DNA of 64,000 nucleotides from an uncultured Eggerthellaceae bacterium (GTDB lineage Bacteria > Actinomycetota > Coriobacteriia > Coriobacteriales > Eggerthellaceae). A program made the position numbers and the translations under genes. The notes beneath the pieces were generated by a model that was given only the letters and a program-made list of their open reading frames with translations, made no database searches and was not told the DNA's origin. Every line of letters begins with the position of its first letter. The stretch's first letter is position 1. This document shows positions 9,820 to 19,816 of the stretch, piece after piece. The stretch is from positions 5,785-69,784 of the forward strand of contig CAJUSF010000066.1 of assembly GCA_910588945.1 (NCBI GenBank), written 5' to 3'.

Positions 9820-10710
9820 CTAAATTCCCACGCCTACGGTCATATGAATCATATAAAACGCCAGCCGCATGATATAGATTCCCATGAATGCTAAAAGGCA
9901 TGAGCAGACGAGCACCCATAAAGGTGTCTCGCCCTTATCTCTGACAGCTCTGGTAGACAAAGCTATCGCGCAAGCGCAGAGAATCGAAAATGCCGCGATC
10001 ATCGGAAAAAATGCGGGCGCCAGCGCATCGGCTGAAGTCATCGAATTCACGAAACTCGGAAGACTAAGCCCCCAGCAGACGTACTCGATGATATTGATGA
10101 CAAGAGCGACCGCAGATACAACTAAGAGCACCTTGCCGAGATGATGCCCGTCGGTATAGAAGCGTGCCAACCTGAATCCAAAAAGCGCCAGAAGCGGCCC
10201 TCCTATCAGGGCGTTCAACCATACGGCAACTATGGCGAACGGACTGCTCCAAGTGATTATCGTGCTGGCGTTATATGCGAGAGATATGGCCGTGATGAAC
10301 ATCAAGCCAAAAGTCGATATTAGCACTAGGACGACCCTGCGCGCAGTTGCGCTTTTCTCGCGCGCGGCAAAAGATGTGAGCCAATAGATTCCTCCGGAGC
10401 CTAGAAACAAAACCCCGAATACAACCTCGTTTGACAGCGGGCTGCGACCAAACCCCGTCAAGACATAAAGAGCATTTGCTGGACTTCCGAGATGGGTCGC
10501 GGAGGCCACAAGTCCCACCATGGCTACAAGGATGGGAACGCTTAGGTATTTGACGATGCCTCTTTGCATCGATTGGTCCACGTGTTTGCCGCCGAAAACA
10601 AGAGGAATGGACATGAGCACAAACGCCATCGCGCCCGAAGGGGCAAGTGTCGTGAACAGAACGAGCGTGGCTTCGCTTAAGGCGCCGCTGAGCGCATAGG
10701 CCTCATACAT
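9820..10710 (-). CDS. DmsC-family membrane anchor subunit (second copy)
   Basis: ORF 9820..10722 (GTG). The ATG at 10710 gives MYEAYALSGALSEATLVLFTTLAPSG. It has eight hydrophobic helices and the same architecture as the ORF at 11500..12375. Confidence 0.7.
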   Translation of the reverse strand: MYEAYALSGALSEATLVLFTTLAPSGAMAFVLMSIPLVFGGKHVDQSMQRGIVKYLSVPILVAMVGLVASATHLGSPANALYVLTGFGRSPLSNEVVFGVLFLGSGGIYWLTSFAAREKSATARRVVLVLISTFGLMFITAISLAYNASTIITWSSPFAIVAVWLNALIGGPLLALFGFRLARFYTDGHHLGKVLLVVSAVALVINIIEYVCWGLSLPSFVNSMTSADALAPAFFPMIAAFSILCACAIALSTRAVRDKGETPLWVLVCSCLLAFMGIYIMRLAFYMIHMTVGVGI

Positions 10711-10766
10711 CTGACAGGTCACATCCTAATTCAGAAAGAAGACTCGGACCAATACATGATCTCAGA

Positions 10767-11426
10767 TCAACGATAGAAACGGGGATATTCCACTTCGATC
10801 TCGCGATCCTCTTGAATGCCCTCGAGCGAAAGACGCGTGATCCGTGCAAGTCCCTTATAGAAAGGATGATCCGTGGCTTCTTCCATCTCTTCAAGAAAAT
10901 GGCTTGACCACGTGAGTAGATGAAGTCGCAAGAAATCATCCAAAGCTTCCGGCTTGTTCGTAGAGATCCAAGACATCATCATGAGCATCAACCCGATGTG
11001 ATCTTCAGGCTCTTTGTCGTCGTTGAGCTTTTCGATGCCGGTCTGCCTCATCCACTGCCTGAGATCAAGCGTGGCCTCGCCGAACACAACACACTCTCTG
11101 TCCGTATAGACAGACCCCCAAGGAGGTGCAGCCTTCGCAGCCGGTCCAACAAAAAGGCGCCTGTATTCCCAGATAAGATCGTTGTTTACATCATCGACCT
11201 CCGAGCGGAAGTCTTGCGCTCCAAAGACCATGAGCTCGAGTGTTTCTTTCGCATCGTCATCTGAAACGAAAGGCCACTCAACGGCAGCAGCATCCGCATC
11301 AAGATCAGCAAAAGCCTTATAGGATACCTCGATTGCATCGTCTTGCGGGTCGTAATAAAACAGTGGACCTAGCGTGTTTCCTATGAAAGCTATGCCATCC
11401 ACAGCCTGATCCTGTCGGTCTGTCAT
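10767..11426 (-). CDS. TorD/DmsD family redox-enzyme maturation chaperone
   Basis: 219 aa. The acidic protein carries LFVGPAAKAAPPWGSVY and EPEDHIGLMLMMMSWI blocks typical of TorD-like chaperones. It lies inside the reductase operon. Confidence 0.75.
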   Translation of the reverse strand: MTDRQDQAVDGIAFIGNTLGPLFYYDPQDDAIEVSYKAFADLDADAAAVEWPFVSDDDAKETLELMVFGAQDFRSEVDDVNNDLIWEYRRLFVGPAAKAAPPWGSVYTDRECVVFGEATLDLRQWMRQTGIEKLNDDKEPEDHIGLMLMMMSWISTNKPEALDDFLRLHLLTWSSHFLEEMEEATDHPFYKGLARITRLSLEGIQEDREIEVEYPRFYR

Positions 11427-11499
11427 CTTTTCCTCCCCCTAATAAAAGGCGGAGCAGACGATGCAGTCTGCTCCGCCCATAAGTATCCTAGAGATAATT

Positions 11500-12375
11500 C
11501 TAAAGGATACTCAGTCCAACCGATACTTGCATGCCATAGAAAGCAAGACGGAGAAGCACTATTCCGACCACCGCGAGAACCGCAGCACCTACGCTGACGC
11601 CAACAACAGCGCCGGCACCTGCACCACGAACCGCGAAGAAATCGCAAACGCCTGTGCCTACAAGACAGATAGCGCCGCACACGATAACCATCATGACATT
11701 TCCTACAAGATCAGCCCCGCTGTAAAGCGCGTTTTCCATACCGCTCGCAGAACCTGCCTGCATGGCGATTCCGCCGATTCCGAAAACAAGGCCTACAACC
11801 AGTACCGCGATCGTAGCATTGCGCATGCTCGACTCTTTGAGCTCAGCTGAGCACCCGGCCAAAGAGAGGGTTAGAACGCCAAGAGCCGCTCCGCCGATAA
11901 GCGCGAATCCAACAATCTGGATAGGACCTGCAAATGTGTCCCATGAAGGGATCGTTCCGATCATATAAGCCATGCCTGTGAACATCGCGAAGATGATGCC
12001 TGCAACAGCTGTGACTGCAACAAGACCCTTGCGTGCGCCTTCAGACATCTTGCCCGTCATAGCCCAGATCCAATAGATGAGCATGATGGCTGTAAACACA
12101 ACACCAACTACAATCTCATTGGAAAGAGGCGAAGTTCCCACACCGCTAAACACATTGAAGGCGTTCATCGGGTTCGCGAGATGGAAGAACGCCGCGATGA
12201 ATCCGACAATAACGAACGCAACGGGGATGGCGGTGAAACGATCGATGCGCTTCACTGCATCACCATCAAATTTGCCGGTCAAAAATGCGATCGCCAAGAG
12301 AACGAACGCGCCTGCCCCCATGGGAGCCAAAGTGCTAAAAAGTGCCAGAGGCATCTCAGCCATTGCGAACTCCAT
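11500..12375 (-). CDS. DmsC-family membrane anchor subunit
   Basis: 291 aa with eight hydrophobic helices. It starts 1 nt after the DmsB-like gene. Confidence 0.75.
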   Translation of the reverse strand: MEFAMAEMPLALFSTLAPMGAGAFVLLAIAFLTGKFDGDAVKRIDRFTAIPVAFVIVGFIAAFFHLANPMNAFNVFSGVGTSPLSNEIVVGVVFTAIMLIYWIWAMTGKMSEGARKGLVAVTAVAGIIFAMFTGMAYMIGTIPSWDTFAGPIQIVGFALIGGAALGVLTLSLAGCSAELKESSMRNATIAVLVVGLVFGIGGIAMQAGSASGMENALYSGADLVGNVMMVIVCGAICLVGTGVCDFFAVRGAGAGAVVGVSVGAAVLAVVGIVLLRLAFYGMQVSVGLSIL

Positions 12376-12376
12376 G

Positions 12377-12997
12377 CTACATCACCTCCATTGGGTTGAC
12401 CACCTTAGCGGAAGCGTCCTCAGCAGGCTTCGCATCCTCAGAAGGCTTGATATATAGATTAGGCTCGGTATATGAAGGCTTCGGCAAAGGAGCAATGTCG
12501 GCCTTTTCGCCAAGCTTGCTCATCTCAGAAACCTCTCCGAAGTTCAGCGCACGTGCAGGGCACGCCTCAACGCAAACAGGCTTCTCGCCTGCCGCAATAC
12601 GCTCGGCACAGCCGTCACACTTTACAGAATGGCCCTTTTCACGATCGACCGTAGGCGCGTTGTACGGGCAAGCCATGTGGCAATATCCGCAACCTACACA
12701 CTTGTCCTTATCAACCGAAACCAAGCCGGTCTCAGAATCCTTGTGCATTGCACCGGTCGGACAGACCTTTGTGCAAGACGGATCATCGCAATGATTGCAT
12801 GACATCGACAGCGGATAGCTCACGCACGTTGTAGTGATGGCGCCTTTGTCGTCTTTTTTGGTATCGCCGAGGGTGACCTCATAGACATTACGATATGCAA
12901 TGTCGGTTGCCAGATCTTTATAGTCCTTGCAGGACATTTCGCAAGTCTTGCAGCCTGTGCAGCGAGTACCGTCGAAATGGAATGCATATTGTGTCAT
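12377..12997 (-). CDS. 4Fe-4S ferredoxin-type subunit (DmsB-like)
   Basis: Four Cys groups: CTGCKTCEMSC, CNHCDDPSCTKVCP, CVGCGYCHMACP and CDGC..CVEACP. Confidence 0.9.
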   Translation of the reverse strand: MTQYAFHFDGTRCTGCKTCEMSCKDYKDLATDIAYRNVYEVTLGDTKKDDKGAITTTCVSYPLSMSCNHCDDPSCTKVCPTGAMHKDSETGLVSVDKDKCVGCGYCHMACPYNAPTVDREKGHSVKCDGCAERIAAGEKPVCVEACPARALNFGEVSEMSKLGEKADIAPLPKPSYTEPNLYIKPSEDAKPAEDASAKVVNPMEVM

Positions 12998-13018
12998 TTA
13001 TCTCTCCTCCCCTCGCTG

Positions 13019-15439
13019 TTAAGCTTTCTTGACTTCACAAATGTTGGTGTGTTGCGGATTGCCCTTGGACAGAGGTGATGGACGCATGGTGGTCATCGTG
13101 TTGATGGAGCCGCCCTTGTCCACGCCGTCCTTGCCCTTGGTGATGTCTCCATCCCACCAAGCGCCCTGCGACACCGCGACCGTTCCGGGAACAACACGCG
13201 GGGTGACCTTCGCATAAAGCTCGATCTTACCGCGATCGTTGGTCACATGGACCTTGTCGCCGTGCTTGATTCCGCGAGGCTCCGCGTCGGCTGGATTGAT
13301 CCAAGCCTCCATCGGGTTAACCTTTTTGAGATCCGGAATCGATCCCCAAGATGAGTGGATGCGTCCGCGATAATGGAATCCTGAGAGAACGAGCGGATGC
13401 TCATCTGTGGTGGTCTCAACGCCTTCCCATTCAGGGATATATACCGGGATCGCAGGCAGGGTATCCATACCCTTCAAGGTATCGCCGTCCTGAAGCTCCC
13501 AGCCATCAGTGTCTTTCAGAAGCTTTTCAGAGAAGATCTCGATCTTGCCTGAGGGAGTGGTGAGCGCGTTAGCGACAGGATCGTTGCGGAACTTCTCCAT
13601 AGAGACGATGTGAGGATACTCGCGAGTGTAGACGCCCATCTTCTGCATCTCATCATAAGGCGGAAGCTTGTCATCCTTCTCGCGTGACTTCTCATAGAGC
13701 TCGCGAATCCACTCTTCTTCAGTCTTGCCCTCGGTGAACTTGTCTTTCACACCGAACTTGTCAGCCATCATGGAGGCCATCTCATAGGCCGTCTTGCGCT
13801 CGAACTTCGGGCTTGTAGCTGGGGTTCCTGTGAGCACGTAGCCCCAGTCGGAGCCTGTAGCGATCTGAGAGTGCTGCTCGAAACGGAAAAGGTCAGGAAG
13901 CACGATATCGGAATAGTTCATCGAGTCGCACATGACCGTGTCGATGCCGAGGATGAACTCGCACTTATCCTCATCAGCTAGGATCTCGTGAGCTTTGTTG
14001 ATGTCCGAATGCTGATTTGTAAGGCAGTTGCCGGCATAGTTGATCATGTACTTGATGTTCGTCTTGAGCTTGTCGGCCTTTCTGACTCCCGCATTCTTTG
14101 AAGTCATCTCAGTGCCATGATCGATCGCATCAGTGAACAGGAAGCACGGGATTGAAGTCTCGATCGGGTTTTTGCCAGCAGGAAGGCTCTGCAGCAACGG
14201 TGAGTTGCTCGCCTCACGAGTTCCATTGCTGGTCCCCGGAAGTCCTACCTGTCCGATCAGGCACGGAAGCGCCATGATAGCCCATGACGTCCACTCGCCA
14301 TTGGAACGACGCTGCGGACCCCAGCCTTGAACGACATAGACCGGTTTTGTAGTTGCGATCTCATTTGCAAGGTCGCGGATCTTATCAGCGGAAATACCCG
14401 TGATAGGCTCTGCCCACTCCGGAGTCTTTTCCACCTTGTCGTATCCGGTTCCCATGATGTAGTCCTTGTACGACATATTCTTGCCCTTGTAAGCCTCAGG
14501 CATCGTATCCTCGTCGTAGCCTACACAATAGTTGTGCAAGAAGTCCTCATCGGTCTGACCGTTCTTGATGAGCTCGTGACCCAAGGCAGCAACAAGCGCC
14601 GCATCCGTTCCAGGGTTGATCGGCAGCCACTCCTCCGAATGCCCGAAGTTCGAGTCGTTGAAACGAGGCTCGATCATATAGATCTTCGCAGGCGTGCGCT
14701 CGCGCATATGAACCCAGTCGTAATGAGTCGTAAGGCCACCTTGGCGGGTTTCGGTGGGGCTTGAACCGAAGCACAGGATAAGCTTTGCATCTTCGCCGGA
14801 AGAAAGAGAGCTTCCGCCGTTGTTCTTAGATCCATACATATAAGGTGTGATGCAGGAGATCTGCGCGGTGGAGTAGCTGTTATAGAAGTTCAGATATCCG
14901 CCGACGAGATTCAAGAAGCGTTTGAACGGACGAGATGTCGTGGCTGAAACGCCTGTGGCGTAAGGCACATAGACCGCTTCGTTTCCGTGCTTTTCGATAA
15001 CCTCTTTGAGCTTGGTGGCAGCTGTGTCGATAGCCTCGTCCCAGCTGATTCGCTCGTACTTACCCTCTCCACGCTTCGATCCCTCCACGCGCTTCATCGG
15101 GTAACTGATACGATCAGGGCTGTTCGCCCAACGACGATAGGTGCGACCGCGCAGGCACGCACGAGCCTGCGGAGTATCGAAGGTCGCATCGGGGCTGGTG
15201 TGAGTATCGACCCATGCGATCTCGTCATCTTTCACATGCATCTTCAATGCACAGCGTCCCGGGCAGTTGATGGCGCAATGTCCCCAGGTCGTTTTCTCCT
15301 CGACCTCGGCGAAAGCCTCAGCAGCTCCGGATCCGAACATCGAATCGGCTGCTGCGATTCCACCTCCGGCAGCTGCCAGAGCGCCGAGAGCGCCCGATGC
15401 CTTAAGGAACGTACGCCGACTTAAACTGATGTCAGACAT
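13019..15439 (-). CDS. TAT-exported bis-MGD oxidoreductase catalytic subunit (DmsA-like, substrate unknown)
   Basis: ORF 13019..15553. The ATG at 15439 follows a GGAGAGGGAGGG RBS. Twin-arginine signal SRRTFLKASGALGALAAAGG. FS0 motif HCAINCPGRC...ACLRG. The size and C-terminal barrel fit DmsA-type enzymes. Confidence 0.9.
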   Translation of the reverse strand: MSDISLSRRTFLKASGALGALAAAGGGIAAADSMFGSGAAEAFAEVEEKTTWGHCAINCPGRCALKMHVKDDEIAWVDTHTSPDATFDTPQARACLRGRTYRRWANSPDRISYPMKRVEGSKRGEGKYERISWDEAIDTAATKLKEVIEKHGNEAVYVPYATGVSATTSRPFKRFLNLVGGYLNFYNSYSTAQISCITPYMYGSKNNGGSSLSSGEDAKLILCFGSSPTETRQGGLTTHYDWVHMRERTPAKIYMIEPRFNDSNFGHSEEWLPINPGTDAALVAALGHELIKNGQTDEDFLHNYCVGYDEDTMPEAYKGKNMSYKDYIMGTGYDKVEKTPEWAEPITGISADKIRDLANEIATTKPVYVVQGWGPQRRSNGEWTSWAIMALPCLIGQVGLPGTSNGTREASNSPLLQSLPAGKNPIETSIPCFLFTDAIDHGTEMTSKNAGVRKADKLKTNIKYMINYAGNCLTNQHSDINKAHEILADEDKCEFILGIDTVMCDSMNYSDIVLPDLFRFEQHSQIATGSDWGYVLTGTPATSPKFERKTAYEMASMMADKFGVKDKFTEGKTEEEWIRELYEKSREKDDKLPPYDEMQKMGVYTREYPHIVSMEKFRNDPVANALTTPSGKIEIFSEKLLKDTDGWELQDGDTLKGMDTLPAIPVYIPEWEGVETTTDEHPLVLSGFHYRGRIHSSWGSIPDLKKVNPMEAWINPADAEPRGIKHGDKVHVTNDRGKIELYAKVTPRVVPGTVAVSQGAWWDGDITKGKDGVDKGGSINTMTTMRPSPLSKGNPQHTNICEVKKA

Positions 15440-15781
15440 AAAATCCCTCCCTCTCCTTTTTCTCTCCAGTGCGAAGATGGCCGCCTTAATCGGATAAAAG
15501 GACAGATGAGGGAATGAGGACTTAGCTTGGCTTCGTCCTAACTGTCCTCTCATCCAATTAGGCTGCTAACTTCGCTCTTTCTCGCGACAACCTCTCCCTA
15601 GGCTGTCGACTTTATGTGAAAACAATAACCAAACAGGGAAAACCCTTGTCACATAAAATGGGTGATTTTTGAGAAATGCCTGCTCAGGAGCTCATATTTT
15701 GTCACATGATATTTTTTTCAAACACACTGGGCAAAGGCTTTGACTATACTTATCCGTATGAATTCTTCATACATAATACAT

Positions 15782-17410
15782 ATGCTCAAGCCCAATATAA
15801 CTTCTTTGGGCTACGCTTTGTTCCTCGCGATAAGTGCAGCGGGAATTTGGGGCGGCGTGTTTCCATTTCTCCCGATGGAGTTTCAAACCAAAGATATAGT
15901 CTTCTGGTTCTATTTTTTCCAATCGCTCGCATGCACCATCACATACTTTGCAAGTCTTATAGGTGTCTACAAGCTTCCGCGTTTCACGAGAAGCTTTCTA
16001 GTAAAGCTGGCAGGTGCACCCTACTTTCTAGGCTGGATATGTCTTATCGCAGCTATATATCTTGATGAGGCCGCTCTCATTTTGGTCGTCTTGGGCGGGG
16101 TACTCTTAGGCGTGGGATCGGTCGGATTCTACATGATCTGGCAGCGCCTATTTGCAGCAGAAGATGCCGATTCGGGAAATCGTGACATCCTTGTCGGAAC
16201 CGCTTACGGCACCATTTTCTACTACGGGCTGCACCTCATTCCGCAAGCTGTAACCGCATTTCTTATCCCTCTTGTGTTTTTACCGCTGTTCGGGCTGGCC
16301 GCACAGCTAAAGAGCCGCGAAACAAACCGCAACCAACCGATGTTCGAGGATATTCCATATGAACACCCTCATATCTACAGGCAGGTAATGAAGGACCACT
16401 GGAGAGTGGCGCTTTGTATCGGTGCTGTGGGTTTTTGCGCCGGCATCATGAGATCGGTTGCCATCGCAGATCCAAACGTGGGTTCTTTGGTCAATATGCT
16501 TTCAATGGGATGCGTTTTGGTTGCAATGCTATTGCTCATAGGAGCATGGATGTTCAAAAACATCCGAATCGATATTGCAGGGGGATACCGCGTTTTGTTT
16601 CCTTTCCTGATTACGGCATTCATCGTTGTTCCATTCTTGCCCCCTCCTACAATCAGATGGGTTGCTGCGCTTCTATATGCGATCTACACCGTGGCGATCG
16701 TTCTCATGATGATGCACTGTGCACAGGTTTCGCGCGATCGTGGACTGAATCCGATCTTCGTCTACGCATTTTTCGGGGCTATTGTCTACACACTTCAAAA
16801 CCTAGGCTTCTTGAGCGGAGTTTTTGCTGAAGATGTGCGCGTCATGGGGCTGTCTCCAGTATCGGTGTTCGCGCTCATCTCCGTATACGCACTTGCGCTT
16901 ATGTACTTTGTCGGATCGGGAGGCCTTGCAGAAGCGATTGGTAAAGCGGGACATGTAGAAAGTGTCGAGCTCATGGCTATCAGCCGAAGTGAGATGTCCC
17001 CGTTCCCAAAGGTGGGGCCCGGCGGGCACGCTTCGAATGACGAAGATGCCGAATTCGTTGAACAGATCAACTATTACATAGACGAATACGAAGAATTCGA
17101 ACCGAGCGATGAGGCTGTTCGCATCGACGAGACAAGCATGCACTCCTCTATAGGTTCCGCCTCTACCGATCCGAACTCGAGCGATCCCATCTCGTCGAAA
17201 TCGCAGCTCGTAAGAGAGGCTTTCCGGCTTTCCGCGCGCGAAGCCGAGGTAATGGAGCTCATCGCACGGGGAAATAGCGTTGCTAGAATCGCCGAAATGC
17301 TCGTCGTATCGGAAAACACTATCCGCACGCACTCGAAGCGCATCTACAACAAGCTCGACATCCACAAGCGTCAGGAATTGATCGATCTGATCAGCTCGTT
17401 CGAAGGCTAA
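15782..17410 (+). CDS. LuxR-family transcriptional regulator with a polytopic N-terminal membrane domain
   Basis: ORF 15740..17410. The ATG at 15782 (MLKPNITSLGYALFLAIS) is taken as the start, which is uncertain. Multiple TM segments, an acidic linker and a C-terminal LuxR HTH (LSAREAEVMELIARGNSVARIAEMLVVSENTIRTHSKRIYNKLDI). Confidence 0.75.
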   Translation: MLKPNITSLGYALFLAISAAGIWGGVFPFLPMEFQTKDIVFWFYFFQSLACTITYFASLIGVYKLPRFTRSFLVKLAGAPYFLGWICLIAAIYLDEAALILVVLGGVLLGVGSVGFYMIWQRLFAAEDADSGNRDILVGTAYGTIFYYGLHLIPQAVTAFLIPLVFLPLFGLAAQLKSRETNRNQPMFEDIPYEHPHIYRQVMKDHWRVALCIGAVGFCAGIMRSVAIADPNVGSLVNMLSMGCVLVAMLLLIGAWMFKNIRIDIAGGYRVLFPFLITAFIVVPFLPPPTIRWVAALLYAIYTVAIVLMMMHCAQVSRDRGLNPIFVYAFFGAIVYTLQNLGFLSGVFAEDVRVMGLSPVSVFALISVYALALMYFVGSGGLAEAIGKAGHVESVELMAISRSEMSPFPKVGPGGHASNDEDAEFVEQINYYIDEYEEFEPSDEAVRIDETSMHSSIGSASTDPNSSDPISSKSQLVREAFRLSAREAEVMELIARGNSVARIAEMLVVSENTIRTHSKRIYNKLDIHKRQELIDLISSFEG

Positions 17411-17439
17411 TAGGGAAACTCAATATCAAAGCCGATACA

Positions 17440-17607
17440 GGGCGAGATCAAGATCTCGCCCCTACGTTTGACCTGCGGCTTTGCCTTTGCGGCAACAGAA
17501 AATGAGAACACCGTAGGCGCGCATCCGGTCTTGATGCGCGCATTTAGGTATATCACATGATACTCCATGAAGGAAAGCGTGCGCATGAAGGGCACATGCG
17601 CACCTAC
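17440..17607. repeat. REP-like cluster: one variant hairpin plus one inverted REP doublet
   Basis: GGGCGAGATC-AA-GATCTCGCCC-CTAC at 17440-17465. GTAGGCGCGCATC-CGGTCTT-GATGCGCGC starts at 17513. GTGCGCATG-AAGGGCA-CATGCGCACCTAC ends at 17607. Confidence 0.8.
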
Positions 17608-17643
17608 GCTCAACCTAAAACGTCTCCTTTGGGACACGAAACC

Positions 17644-19650
17644 CTACTCGTCGTTTTGCTCCAGCTCAGCCAGCACATATACAAGTGAGTTGATGATGTT
17701 TCGGCGGCTGAGCGTTCCCACAAGCTTGCCGTCCTCATCCACAACGGGAACCTTCTTGATCCTTTTTTCGGAAAGCACATGTAGCGCTTTGTCGAGCGGC
17801 ATAACATCCGGTACCGAAACCACGCGCTTTGTGGCTATATCCATCACGTTCAGTTTCATAAGTCCCACAAGACGCGCCTGCATATCGGCATCATCGGAGA
17901 AGCGATAGAGGTTCATGGTGGTGTCGAAGAATGCCATATCGTTTCTACCCAGATACGATGCCACATCGCCATCGGATATGAAACCGACGAGCTCGCCTGA
18001 TTTACCAATCACGGGAAGCCCGCTCGTATCATTTGCCGCCATCAAACGCACGATGTCGGCCATCGTTGCATCCGACGATGCGCACAGAGGCTCGCGCGTC
18101 ATAGCATCGCGCACCTCGAGATTCTCATAACGCCCGGTCTGGATCGCTTCATCAAGACCATCGACCGTAACGCCATCAAGGCCCGCCGAGTATGCGACAG
18201 GCGCATCTCCTGCAGCGATCTGCCCTTTGACCTCAGCCCCAACAAGCGCCTGTCCCTTCTGCTTTGCACCATCGCGCACGCAAAAGATGACGATGATCCC
18301 GGCCACCACCATAAGCGCGGCAGTAGTGCAGAAAGCGAGGTGGTTACCCATATATGATTGCTCGGCAGCCGACGCATCAGGCACGACGAAAGGTGCCAGA
18401 GCCGAGATCGAAACCAAAACCGCAGTTCCAAGCGATGCTGCAACCTGATTCAGGGTATTTGAAAGGCCCTGAGCATGCTGGATCACACTGTTATCCAGCG
18501 AATTGACACCCCATGTGTTCAGAGGAGTCATCGTAAATTGAAGACCCGCCATCAAAACTGTGTATGCAAGCATGATAAATATGAAGTCCGTGTCGATGCC
18601 AAGAGCGGCAAGCCCCAACCCGCCGAGCAGTGCCACCAGAGCGCCGGGGATAATAACCTTGCGCACGCCAAACCTATCAAAAAGACGTCCGGCGATAAGA
18701 CCTAGGAATGCGCCGATCAAAGCGCCCGGAAGCATCGCTACACCCGACATCGTAGCGGAATAACCCCGCACGCCCTGTATATATAGCGGCGTTATAACAC
18801 CTGTGCCCATCAGCGCGGCCTCCACAATCACAATGATAAGCACCGACAAGGCGTACTTACGGGTCTTCAGAATCGACACATTAAGCATCGGCTCGGGCAG
18901 CTTGAGTTGTCTGCGCACATAAAAGCCTGCAAGTATCACGCCGATCACCATGAGCGCGCCCGTAATAATGAGGTTATCGCTACTGGCAAATGTCGAGAGT
19001 CCGTAGAGCAAACACACCAGACCAAGCGATGAGAGCACCACCGACAGCAAATCGAATTTGGTACGCGCAAAATTGCCGTAGTTCTTCAACGTGAAGACCG
19101 ACACCAAAACAACAATCACAGTAAGAGCGCTAACGATCGCAAACAATGCGCGCCAACCGACTGAATCCACAAGAAGACCCGCAACAGAGGGTCCCACCGC
19201 GGGAGCAAATCCGATAATGAGACCGATAACACCCATAGCCGTTCCGCGTTTCTCGCGTGGGAAAATGAGCAAAATGACCGTAAAAACCATCGGCATTGCC
19301 ATTCCAGTGCAGACCGCTTGCAAAATGCGTCCTAGCAAAAGCACCCAGAAATTAGGTGCCAATGTGGCCGACAAAGACCCAATAGCAAATATCACGAACG
19401 CACTTATGAAGAGTTGTCGTGTCGAAAAACGTCCGATCAAAAACGCTGAAAGCGGAATCACAACCGCCTCGACCAGGGAGTATCCGCTTGTAAGCCACTG
19501 AACCGTGGTCGCATCCACCCCAAGATCGGTCATAATAGCCGGCAGAGCCGGGGAAAGCAGCGTCTGATTCAGAACCGCAAGAAGCGTTCCGGCAAGGAGC
19601 ACTGCTACCATAACCATTTCTTTTCTACTTACACCGAGAGCCATACGCAT
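17644..19650 (-). CDS. MFS (DHA2/EmrB-like, 14-TM) transporter fused to a C-terminal CBS-domain pair
   Basis: ORF 17644..19653, with an ATG at 19650. The N-terminal ~480 aa have 14 hydrophobic helices (LLSPALPAIMTDLGV..). The C-terminal ~150 aa hold two CBS-like repeats (VRDAMTREPL...GLPVIG..GELVGFISDGDV and VMDIATKRVVSV...KKVPVVDEDGKLVGTLSRRNI). Confidence 0.85.
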   Translation of the reverse strand: MRMALGVSRKEMVMVAVLLAGTLLAVLNQTLLSPALPAIMTDLGVDATTVQWLTSGYSLVEAVVIPLSAFLIGRFSTRQLFISAFVIFAIGSLSATLAPNFWVLLLGRILQAVCTGMAMPMVFTVILLIFPREKRGTAMGVIGLIIGFAPAVGPSVAGLLVDSVGWRALFAIVSALTVIVVLVSVFTLKNYGNFARTKFDLLSVVLSSLGLVCLLYGLSTFASSDNLIITGALMVIGVILAGFYVRRQLKLPEPMLNVSILKTRKYALSVLIIVIVEAALMGTGVITPLYIQGVRGYSATMSGVAMLPGALIGAFLGLIAGRLFDRFGVRKVIIPGALVALLGGLGLAALGIDTDFIFIMLAYTVLMAGLQFTMTPLNTWGVNSLDNSVIQHAQGLSNTLNQVAASLGTAVLVSISALAPFVVPDASAAEQSYMGNHLAFCTTAALMVVAGIIVIFCVRDGAKQKGQALVGAEVKGQIAAGDAPVAYSAGLDGVTVDGLDEAIQTGRYENLEVRDAMTREPLCASSDATMADIVRLMAANDTSGLPVIGKSGELVGFISDGDVASYLGRNDMAFFDTTMNLYRFSDDADMQARLVGLMKLNVMDIATKRVVSVPDVMPLDKALHVLSEKRIKKVPVVDEDGKLVGTLSRRNIINSLVYVLAELEQNDE

Positions 19651-19816
19651 CACTTCCGTATCTTATTCGCTTGTTTTTTACAATCAGGGAAGGGATTATA
19701 ACAGCACCCCTCGAGCAGTCCAGACAGGAAAAAGGTGATTTCAGGACGTGTATCGACGCAACGGAGCTATTCTCTGCATGCGAATCAGAGGGCGTAGCGG
19801 AATTATGTCTCGTTTA

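Noticed and set aside
869-15439. Selenocysteine recoding (in-frame TGA) in the molybdoenzyme catalytic subunits.
   Set aside because: All three catalytic ORFs (869..3442, 13019..15439 and 61734..64000) are uninterrupted. There is no split ORF pair in the same frame.
16802-17365. 187-aa minus-strand ORF.
   Set aside because: It is antisense to the linker and HTH part of the membrane LuxR gene.
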